From a virus (taxonomy: Duplodnaviria > Caudoviricetes), in IMG/VR virus record IMGVR_UViG_3300035200_000037, positions 1 to 26,703 of that record: a DNA stretch of 26,703 bases; one strand, 5' to 3'. Shown here in pieces: positions 1 through 7,361 of this stretch. Positions within the stretch are counted from its first letter, which is position 1, and every line of letters begins with the position of its first letter. The notes under the pieces were generated by a model. It searched no databases. It was not told where the DNA came from and saw only the letters and a list, made by a program, of their open reading frames with translations. Position numbers and translations under genes: made by a program.

Positions 1-83
1 CCCCGTCAAGAACATCTCCTGTCGGGCATTGGAACTCTTACACACACGGCGTCTGAAAGTTCTCTGATCAGCGGGTTTGCTTT

Positions 84-92
84 TGCTATGGT
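84..92 (+). promoter_or_regulatory. Possible extended -10 promoter element for the leftmost operon
   Basis: TGCTATGGT (TGn-TAnnnT) about 33 nt upstream of ATG 126; the -35 position (CTGATC) is weak. Confidence 0.3.
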
Positions 93-125
93 GTATCCAC
101 TCGTCCCTACCGTGAGGAACCATCT

Positions 126-656
126 ATGACCAGTAACGAAGTCTCGTCAGCATCTCTCGGTACAGTTCGTCGTGTCCCGGTGGAGTCCCTGCATCTTGTG
201 GAGGGCAACCCGAGGCGCGGCCAGATTGAGGTCATTGCTGACTCACTCAAGGTGAACGGCCAGTACCGCCCCATCGTTGTGAACGAGGGATCGTTGACCG
301 GACGACCGATGGAAGTGCTGGCCGGGAACCACACTCTCCGGGCTGCTGTCCTGTTGGAGTGGGATGAGTTGGATGCGTTCATTGTCGATGTGGACGATGA
401 AGCAGCCAAGAGGATTGTCGCGGTGGATAACCGTTCCACCGACCTCGCCACCTACGACAACCAAGCGTTGCTCGACTTGTTGGAGTCCCTGCCCGACCTC
501 GGCGGCACCGGATACACGGACACAGACATCACCGCCCTGCAAGCATCAACCGCCGACCCGATTGTGCCCGACGACTTCCCCGGTTTCGACGAGGACATTG
601 ACACCAAATACTGCTGCCCGAAGTGCAACTATGAGTGGTCGGGTAAACCGAACTGA
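126..656 (+). CDS. ParB/sulfiredoxin-like N-terminal domain protein with C-terminal CxxC knuckle
   Basis: NPR, 'SLKVNGQYRPIVVN', 'VLAGNHTLRAA' and 'VDNR' match the ParB_N/Srx pattern; C-terminal 'CCPKCNYEW'; GAGGA RBS upstream. Confidence 0.85.
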   Translation: MTSNEVSSASLGTVRRVPVESLHLVEGNPRRGQIEVIADSLKVNGQYRPIVVNEGSLTGRPMEVLAGNHTLRAAVLLEWDELDAFIVDVDDEAAKRIVAVDNRSTDLATYDNQALLDLLESLPDLGGTGYTDTDITALQASTADPIVPDDFPGFDEDIDTKYCCPKCNYEWSGKPN

Positions 657-814
657 TGCCGGATGGTCAATGGGGCCCGGTCATCAACTGTGGAGTGTAT
701 CGGCGTTGTTCCTGCGGCCACTACCTCTTGAAACATGAGCCGTCCGGTCGCTGCGCTGCCACAGATGCGCTGGTCAGATGTTCATGCAAAGAGTTAGACC
801 TTGTTGATGAGTAA
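656..814 (+). CDS. Small Cys/His-rich putative zinc-binding protein (52 aa), absent from the ORF track
   Basis: Hand translation: MPDGQWGPVINCGVYRRCSCGHYLLKHEPSGRCAATDALVRCSCKELDLVDE*. Starts in a TGATG overlap with the ParB stop and ends overlapping the MTase start (ATGAGTAA), filling the gap exactly. Motif CxCGHx4Hx5Cx8CxC. Confidence 0.75.
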   Translation: MPDGQWGPVINCGVYRRCSCGHYLLKHEPSGRCAATDALVRCSCKELDLVDE

Positions 815-1988
815 ACCCCCGTACCACGTTCCCACCATGGACGAGATACGGGCGGTGGACAAACCGGGACTGATCGCGGCTTCCACCTTCTCCGGGTGCG
901 GCGGCTCATCACTCGGCTATCGCATGGCCGGGTTTGAGGTCAGGTACGCCAACGAGTTCATCGAAGCAGCTAGGGACACCTACGCAGCGAACATGGAACC
1001 GTACACCTACCTCGACGGCAGAGACATTCGTGACGTGAAAGGCACGGAGATACTTGAACATTGCGGAGGCGACGTTGACCTACTTGACGGTTCACCCCCA
1101 TGTTCCGACTTCTCCACCAGCGGCAAACGCGAAGCCGGATGGGGCAAGGTCAAGGAATACTCGGACGGCTCGCAACGTGTCGATGATCTGTTCTTTGAGT
1201 TTGCTCGTCTGGTTCGTGAAGTACAGCCCAAAACCTTCGTGGCCGAAAACGTGTCCGGGCTGGTCAAGGGCACAGCCAAAGGTTACTTCAAGTGGATACT
1301 GCGAGCGTTGCGCCAATCCGGGTACAGAGTCGAAGCGAAACTCTTGAACGCCGCATGGCTCGGCGTACCCCAAGCACGCCAACGACTAATCTTCGTCGGA
1401 GTACGCGAGGATCAACCATTCAACCCAATCCACCCAACCCCACTGCCCTACCAGTACACCTGTCGTGAAGTGATCGGTAACGATGCACCGCTACTCATCA
1501 TCCACGATCCACGCGGCATCTATCCAGTGCGGAACATGACCGACGTTCCTGCGATGACGTTGACGACGCAGACGGCAGCCCATGTTCAGGTGTGGGGTGA
1601 GGACAATGTTGAGGTTGACCCGGAAACCGGGGAGTCCATCGTGTTCCGCAGCTACGGCTTGTATGAAACGTGGAAACGGTTGAAGGTTGGTACAGGGGCG
1701 CAGGAGTCCAGGTTCAACCTGAAACGCACTTCACCGGACAAACCGTGTTTGACCATCTTGCAGACGGGTGGGCATCCTGGTGCCGCGTCGGTGACGCATT
1801 GGGATCAACCACGCAAGTTCACTTTGGCAGAGCTACGCAGACTGTCGGCGTTCCCTGACGACTTCGTGTTGACCGGAACGTATGAACAGAGGTACGAACG
1901 TATCGGTCGCGCTGTACCCCCGGTGATGATGTACCACGTCGCCGCAGGGATACGAGACAAACTGGTGGAGGCACGAAACAATGCCTGA
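807..1988 (+). CDS. DNA cytosine-C5 methyltransferase-fold enzyme; predicted cytosine C5-carboxymethyltransferase
   Basis: Motif I FSGCGG, motif IV GSPPCSDFS (catalytic Cys intact), motif VI ENV, motif VIII PQARQR, motif IX 'RKFTLAELRRLSAFPDDF', and motif X 'IGRAVPP' where 'GNAV/GNSV' is canonical. ATG 807 preferred over TTG 801 because of the 8-nt overlap with the upstream ORF. Confidence 0.92.
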   Translation: MSKPPYHVPTMDEIRAVDKPGLIAASTFSGCGGSSLGYRMAGFEVRYANEFIEAARDTYAANMEPYTYLDGRDIRDVKGTEILEHCGGDVDLLDGSPPCSDFSTSGKREAGWGKVKEYSDGSQRVDDLFFEFARLVREVQPKTFVAENVSGLVKGTAKGYFKWILRALRQSGYRVEAKLLNAAWLGVPQARQRLIFVGVREDQPFNPIHPTPLPYQYTCREVIGNDAPLLIIHDPRGIYPVRNMTDVPAMTLTTQTAAHVQVWGEDNVEVDPETGESIVFRSYGLYETWKRLKVGTGAQESRFNLKRTSPDKPCLTILQTGGHPGAASVTHWDQPRKFTLAELRRLSAFPDDFVLTGTYEQRYERIGRAVPPVMMYHVAAGIRDKLVEARNNA

Positions 1989-2769
1989 CGTGCGGAAAGT
2001 GTTACTAGCAGAGGTAGGACAAATCCCTGGTGATGAGGTTGCTGTTCTTCTATCTGGTGGCATTGACAGCTTGGCCTGTGGACTGGCTGCGAGACAGCTT
2101 GGAAAGAAAGTGGTTTCGTACAGTTTCACGTTAAACGGTCACGTTTCGACCGACTTCCAGGGTGCCCGGATGGTGTCTCGTGAGTTCGGGTTTGAGTTCC
2201 GTCCGGTCATCTTGCCCACTGATATGCCGTCGCTGGTGCGCGATCTGATGGACTTGGCTGACCTGGGCGCAAAGTCGAAAACAGATTATGAGTGTGGCTG
2301 GCCTGTTCTCCGGGCGATACGCCAGGTCGGTGAGCCAGCGATCATCACCGGGCATGGGGCAGACGGACACTTCTGCATATCGAAGAAGGGCATGATCCAC
2401 TACAAGGACACCCGGATAGACGAGTTCCGGCAAGGCTTGTTCAGCAACCCCCGCTACGCCCAACAAGAGTTGCTGCGTGCGGAAACCTCGAGGTTGGGCA
2501 AGTCCCTGTGCTTGCCGTTCCTGTCTGATGCGATGGTGAAAGAGTTTGCTGGCACGTCCTGGTCTGATGTGAACAAGCCGAAACAGAAACAACCGATCCT
2601 TGATGCGTTCCCGAAAGAGTTCGCCCGAGTGAAAGTGCGCCCCCACGTCAACTTGCAGCTTGGTGACTCCGGTATCGCCCAACACTTCTACAAGTTGTTG
2701 GACACCGACCTCAACACAGGTGGCTTCAAGACCCCGGTGGGGGTTTACAACAGGTTGACCAATGCCTGA
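1981..2769 (+). CDS. Asparagine-synthetase-like ATP pyrophosphatase (synthetase domain only); predicted amide ligase
   Basis: PP-loop 'VLLSGGIDS', 'ITGHGADGHF' (cf. AsnB SGEGADE.F) and 'LPFLS' (cf. vPFLD). At 262 aa it has no N-terminal Ntn glutaminase domain. Confidence 0.82.
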   Translation: MPDVRKVLLAEVGQIPGDEVAVLLSGGIDSLACGLAARQLGKKVVSYSFTLNGHVSTDFQGARMVSREFGFEFRPVILPTDMPSLVRDLMDLADLGAKSKTDYECGWPVLRAIRQVGEPAIITGHGADGHFCISKKGMIHYKDTRIDEFRQGLFSNPRYAQQELLRAETSRLGKSLCLPFLSDAMVKEFAGTSWSDVNKPKQKQPILDAFPKEFARVKVRPHVNLQLGDSGIAQHFYKLLDTDLNTGGFKTPVGVYNRLTNA

Positions 2770-3475
2770 CATTGCCGACAGCTTCAACACTGGTGGTTGG
2801 GAGTTCACCCCCGAAGTTACTGCGGTGTTCGATGACCACGTTCGGGCTTCGGTGCCCTACTACGACGACATACAGCAGATGGTTGCTGAGTTCTCGGACT
2901 GGCTGCTACCCGATAACAGTCTGTTCGTTGACCTGGGTGCATCAACGTGCACCACCTTGGAAACCATTTGTGCCCGACACCCCGGCAGAAGGTTCCGTGC
3001 CGAACTGTACGACGAGGAACCTTCCATGCTCGACAAAGCAAAAGACAAGGTGGCGGGGCTGAATGTCCTGTCAACCTTCCATGTGCAACGCCTACAGCAG
3101 CCGTTCAAGCACAAAGACGCAGACCTCACGGTCTCCCTGTTCACGTTGCAGTTCCTACGAGAACCAGACCGCTTGGCTGTACTCACCGAAGCCCGACGCT
3201 GCGCCGCACCCAACGGGGCGATCATCCTCGCAGAGAAGATACGACCGGAACACCCCTTGCTCGCTGAGATAGCAATGGACGCATCACACGACTTCAAGGC
3301 CAAGTGCGGCCTGAACGACACCGCTATCCGGTCGAAAGCTCGTGCGTTGCGCGGTGTACTGATGCCCCAACCACTGCCTACACTGATGGCAGAGCTATTC
3401 AAGGCCGGGTGGAACAACGCAGACGTGGTGTTCCGCTGGCACCAATGGGTGATTGTGATTGGGTTCGCTAGATGA
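2762..3475 (+). CDS. cmoA: CmoA-like carboxy-S-adenosyl-L-methionine synthase (class I SAM-MTase fold)
   Basis: Collinear with E. coli CmoA motifs as I recall them: WEFTPEVTAVFDDHVRASVPYY ([22 protein letters not shown]), DLGAS (DLGCS), FTLQFL (identical), ILAEK (VLSEK), HDFK (identical), KAGW (NAGF). Confidence 0.85.
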   Translation: MPDIADSFNTGGWEFTPEVTAVFDDHVRASVPYYDDIQQMVAEFSDWLLPDNSLFVDLGASTCTTLETICARHPGRRFRAELYDEEPSMLDKAKDKVAGLNVLSTFHVQRLQQPFKHKDADLTVSLFTLQFLREPDRLAVLTEARRCAAPNGAIILAEKIRPEHPLLAEIAMDASHDFKAKCGLNDTAIRSKARALRGVLMPQPLPTLMAELFKAGWNNADVVFRWHQWVIVIGFAR

Positions 3476-3849
3476 CAGACGACAAGGGACACAAAGCCCT
3501 ACAGCTGTTCCTCGCTGGGGTGACGTATTCACAGATCGCGGAAACCATCGACGTTCCGTTAGCCCAGGTAGACGAGTTAGTGGCTGCCGAGTTCGCGGTG
3601 ACACAGCAACGCCGAAAGGCGTTGATAGAAGAAGCATCTGCGGTTCACCAGGAACGTACTGAGGCGTTGTTTCGGGCGCATTGGGGGCCAGCACTCCGGG
3701 GTGACCACAAGAGCGCAGAGATATGTCGCCGCATCCTTGACCGTCAGGGTGCCCAACTGTTCTACGGTGAAGCCCCAACAATGGAAGGTGATGCGGTCGA
3801 TGAGATTGCGACACGGAGGGCTGCTCGCCGTGCGGGGCGTGCCGGGTAG
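3472..3849 (+). CDS. terS: Terminase small subunit (HTH-containing)
   Basis: N-terminal HTH 'ALQLFLAGVTYSQIAETIDV'; C-terminal 'DAVDEIATRRAARRA' typical of actinophage TerS; directly upstream of TerL; ATGA overlap with cmoA. Confidence 0.75.
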   Translation: MTDDKGHKALQLFLAGVTYSQIAETIDVPLAQVDELVAAEFAVTQQRRKALIEEASAVHQERTEALFRAHWGPALRGDHKSAEICRRILDRQGAQLFYGEAPTMEGDAVDEIATRRAARRAGRAG

Positions 3850-3851
3850 TA

Positions 3852-5282
3852 ATGGCTAGGAAACCGTCAGCGACTCTCGTCAAGCAAGCACCACCAAGGG
3901 TTCGCCACGCACCAAGCGTCCGGTCTAACGCCTGGGAAGATGTTGTCGATCTGTCGAAGTCGTTCGGCATGGTTCTTGACCCCTGGCAGGAGAATGTTCT
4001 GCAAGCCGCCATGGGTGAACGCACCGATGGAACGTGGGCTGCACGCCAGATCGCCGTATCCACCCCACGCCAAAACGGTAAAAGCCAACTTATCGTCGCT
4101 CGGGCGTTAGCCGGAGTCCTCCTGTTCAGTGAGCAGACCATCATCGTGTCAGCCCACCAAAAGGACACAGCCCGGGAAGTGTTCAACCGCATCCTCGACC
4201 TCGTAGATGCGTTCCCATCGCTGCAACGCCGCGTTGACCAAGTGATGAAAGCCGCCAACCGTGAGTTCATCCGGTTCTCGTCCGGGCAGACCATCCGGTT
4301 CAAGGCGCGGTCGGCTGGCGGCGGTCGCGGTTTCTCCTGCGACTGTCTCCTGCTGGACGAAGCGCAGATACTTAACGCCGCCGCATGGTCAGCGATCCTG
4401 CCCACAATGTCAGCCCGACCCAACCCCCAGGCTTGGCTGCTCGGCACCCCACCCACCGAGAACGATGACGGTGAAGTGTTTGAGCGCATGAGAACCCTCG
4501 GCATGGAAGGCACAGAACCCCGGATCGCCTACCTGGAATGGTCAGCAGACCGGGATGATCCGATTGATGACCCGGAGACTTGGGCCAAAGCCAACCCAGC
4601 GTTCGGCACACGTATCAGCCATGAAGCGGTACAGAACGAACTCGTTTCAATGTCCGATGAGCAGTTCGCCAAGGAACGTCTGGGCATTTGGGATGAGGTT
4701 GCACGCCACAAACCGCTGGTCACCATCCAACAGTGGCGCAACATGGCTGATCCTGGCCCGGAGGACGGTGAACGCCCCAACGCACTCGGCGTCGATATGA
4801 GCCACGGCAGGGACATCTCCATCGCTGCGTGCTGGATTCGCGGCGACAAAGCCCACATCGAACAAGTCTGGTCGGGCCTAGACCCGAAAATGGCTATCGA
4901 CTGGCTACAGGAACGAACAAAACGCCGCATACCTATAGTTGTTGATCAAGTTTCGCCAGCGTCGTCCCTGGTACCAGAACTAAAAGGTAGGAAGTGCAGA
5001 GTGACAGTGACGACCGCACCCATGATGGGTCAAGCATGTGGAGTGTTAGAGAACAGAATCAACACCGGAACCCTCACGCACGCTTCACAACCCGAGTTGA
5101 CCGACGCAATCCTCGGCGCACGCCGCCGCCCAATCCGCGATGCAGGAGGTTGGGGCTTGGACCGACGTGACCCAACTGCCGCTATCTACCCCATCGTTGC
5201 CGCTACGCTTGCCCTGTTCGGTGCGACGGAGAACCCCCGCCCGTCAGCCCCCGCCAAGAGAAGGGTTCAGGTGTTCGGATGA
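3852..5282 (+). CDS. terL: Terminase large subunit
   Basis: LDPWQ, Walker A 'PRQNGKS', Walker B 'LLLDEAQ', coupling motif 'GTPP', 'ANPAFG', nuclease-domain 'LGVD'. Confidence 0.95.
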   Translation: MARKPSATLVKQAPPRVRHAPSVRSNAWEDVVDLSKSFGMVLDPWQENVLQAAMGERTDGTWAARQIAVSTPRQNGKSQLIVARALAGVLLFSEQTIIVSAHQKDTAREVFNRILDLVDAFPSLQRRVDQVMKAANREFIRFSSGQTIRFKARSAGGGRGFSCDCLLLDEAQILNAAAWSAILPTMSARPNPQAWLLGTPPTENDDGEVFERMRTLGMEGTEPRIAYLEWSADRDDPIDDPETWAKANPAFGTRISHEAVQNELVSMSDEQFAKERLGIWDEVARHKPLVTIQQWRNMADPGPEDGERPNALGVDMSHGRDISIAACWIRGDKAHIEQVWSGLDPKMAIDWLQERTKRRIPIVVDQVSPASSLVPELKGRKCRVTVTTAPMMGQACGVLENRINTGTLTHASQPELTDAILGARRRPIRDAGGWGLDRRDPTAAIYPIVAATLALFGATENPRPSAPAKRRVQVFG

Positions 5283-6688
5283 TCATTGTTCCCGGCTTGG
5301 ACGAGTACGACCAGTACAACCTGAACCAACTGCTGGAACAGTTGGAACGCAAAGCCCGCAGGAACGCACTCCGCAACCAGTATTACGAAGCGAAATACAG
5401 CCTGCGTGACCTGAACATTGCGATCCCACCCAAGTTCCGCAACTTTGATGCGGTGCTGGGCTGGCCTGCCAAAGCGGTTGACGTTCTATCGAAACGCTGC
5501 AACATCGACGGCTTCGTGGTTCCCGGCATACAGGACGCAGCGGAGAACCTGGGCATCAACGATGTGTGGCAGGACAACAGATTGACCATGGAGTCCACCA
5601 TGGCCCACTCGTCAGCCATGATCCACTCCTGTTCGTTCCTCTGCACCGTCCTCGGTGACACCACTATCGGTGAACCCCCTGTCCTCATGCTGGTCAAGTC
5701 AGCCCTCGACGCAACCGGAATATGGGACGAACGGCTCCGGGCACTCCGGTCGGCACTGTCGGTCATTGACCGCGATATGGACGGCCACCCAACCTCCGTT
5801 GTCATGTACTACCCGGATCGGGCTGTCATGATGCAACGCGATTGGGCGAACTCCACGAACTGGCAGATCAACGAGATTCAGCACGACCTCGGTCGGGTTC
5901 CGGTCGAACCGCTCATCTTCAACCCGACCCCGATGCGCCCGTTCGGTTCCTCACGCATCTCAAGGGCGGTTATGTCCCTTACAGATTCAGCCCTACGAAC
6001 CGTTGTCCGCGCCGAGATTAGCGCCGAGTTCTACACCGCCCCGCAGCGTTGGGCGTTGAACCTTCCCACCGAAGCGTTCGCAGACGGCGGCTGGTCGGCA
6101 ATCCTTGGCCGGATTCTCGCCATTGAACCCCCCGGCCTGGATGATGACGCAGACCCATCATTCCAGCCGCAGCTAGGCCAGTTCCCGCAAATGAGTATGC
6201 AACCCCACACGGAACAGCTACGCATGTGGGCGACCATGTTCTCCGGTGAGACTGCTATCCCGGTCGGCAGCTTGGGCATCGTGCAGGACAACCCGAGCAG
6301 CGCAGAAGCTATCTACGCAGCCAAAGAGGAACTGGTCATCGAAGCCGAGAGCGCAAACCGTGTGTTCAGCTTGGGTTGGGTTCGTTCCATGCAGAACGCC
6401 CTGATGCTGCGTGACGGCCTGACGGAACTCCCTGCCGAGTGGCGCAACATGAAAGCGGTATGGCGTGACCCCTCAACACCGTCCAAGGCATCGGCGGCAG
6501 ACGCTATGGCAAAGACGGTCGCTGTCCTGCCGTGGGTGGCCGAGTCTGAGGTTGTGTTGGAGAAGATGGGGTGGGATCGCACCGACATTGAACGAGCCAA
6601 AGCCGACAGACGACGATCCACGGTCGGCCAAGCGGTAACAGCGTTACGAGCAGCGAGGGTGGCTGGTGTCCAAAGTCCGGGCGTCTGA
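5279..6688 (+). CDS. Portal protein (SPP1 gp6-like)
   Basis: Follows TerL; 469 aa; 'GWPAKAVD', 'RPFGSSRISR', 'AEFYTAPQRW', 'NPSSAEAI' and 'WRDPSTPS' are actinophage portal motifs. Confidence 0.93.
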   Translation: MIIVPGLDEYDQYNLNQLLEQLERKARRNALRNQYYEAKYSLRDLNIAIPPKFRNFDAVLGWPAKAVDVLSKRCNIDGFVVPGIQDAAENLGINDVWQDNRLTMESTMAHSSAMIHSCSFLCTVLGDTTIGEPPVLMLVKSALDATGIWDERLRALRSALSVIDRDMDGHPTSVVMYYPDRAVMMQRDWANSTNWQINEIQHDLGRVPVEPLIFNPTPMRPFGSSRISRAVMSLTDSALRTVVRAEISAEFYTAPQRWALNLPTEAFADGGWSAILGRILAIEPPGLDDDADPSFQPQLGQFPQMSMQPHTEQLRMWATMFSGETAIPVGSLGIVQDNPSSAEAIYAAKEELVIEAESANRVFSLGWVRSMQNALMLRDGLTELPAEWRNMKAVWRDPSTPSKASAADAMAKTVAVLPWVAESEVVLEKMGWDRTDIERAKADRRRSTVGQAVTALRAARVAGVQSPGV

Positions 6689-7208
6689 ACGCCGCTGGCT
6701 GCTGAATCGCCTGAACGGTGAAGCGCAGAAAGACCTAGATGATCTGTGGCATCTTGCCGAACAGAGTGATGACTTCCGGCAGACCTTGATGGACGGCTAC
6801 CCGGAAATTGTGGACCCCTACCATGAACTAGCTGCGGAAATGGCAGCCGAATGGTTCGATGAAGCCGACGAAGAATCGGACTACACCGCAGAAACCGCTG
6901 AACCGTTGGACGAAGAACAACTCACCAACTCACTTGAATGGGCCTTGAACGTCGGCACCGCCGTCACAGGACTGGCTCTCCTGTCCGGTTCCCTGCAACG
7001 CTCTGTGTGGTCAGGGGCAAGGAACACCACAATCCTCAACACCCGTAACACCAGATCAAAATGGTCTGTTGAGGCGGCACCTGACTGCTGCGACTTCTGC
7101 ACAATGTTAGGTTCACGAGGCGCGGTCTACGCATCACAGGAGTCAGCCGAAGCAGCTATCGCTGGCTGGCATGACAATTGCAATTGCGTAGCCGTGGAAG
7201 AACGATAG
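6666..7208 (+). CDS. MuF-like minor head / capsid maturation protein
   Basis: Between portal and scaffold; 'CCDFCTMLGSRGAVY' and 'HDNCNC' motifs. Confidence 0.8.
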   Translation: MSKVRASERRWLLNRLNGEAQKDLDDLWHLAEQSDDFRQTLMDGYPEIVDPYHELAAEMAAEWFDEADEESDYTAETAEPLDEEQLTNSLEWALNVGTAVTGLALLSGSLQRSVWSGARNTTILNTRNTRSKWSVEAAPDCCDFCTMLGSRGAVYASQESAEAAIAGWHDNCNCVAVEER

Positions 7209-7211
7209 ACT

Positions 7212-7361
7212 CACCACTGATCGTGGTGTGAAACCGCTTGACCCGAAACGGGTTCAAGCAGACCCGAAACGGGAGAAGTATGGCCGACGAAGAAGGCACA
7301 ACCGAGGCGACCGAAACGGACGCCCCGGAACAGCCCGACGTGACCAAACCGACCGAAACGG
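7212..7361 (+). promoter_or_regulatory. Hairpin array around the scaffold translation start (four CCGAAACGG copies)
   Basis: CCGAAACGG at 7243, 7264, 7311 and 7353; hairpins at 7212-7228 and 7236-7259; the second copy overlaps the GGGAG Shine-Dalgarno. Confidence 0.55.

Noticed and set aside
1-80. Possible physical left genome end / cos-proximal sequence
   Set aside because: Position before the packaging operon is suggestive, but termini cannot be established without reads or the other end.
126-656. ParB as part of a parABS partitioning system
   Set aside because: No parA, parS repeats or central HTH domain; the context fits modification-associated ParB-like proteins.
807-1988. Restriction-modification system or inactivated MTase pseudogene
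   Set aside because: No endonuclease nearby; the frame and catalytic motifs are intact, and the motif-X change has a functional explanation.
1981-2769. QueC / 7-deazaguanine pathway
   Set aside because: Shares only the PP-loop; lacks the QueC C-terminal Cys cluster, and no queD, queE, folE or dpdA is in the window.
3395-4513. 372-aa minus-strand ORF
   Set aside because: Antisense to terS/terL with no recognisable motifs; expected shadow ORF in GC-rich DNA.
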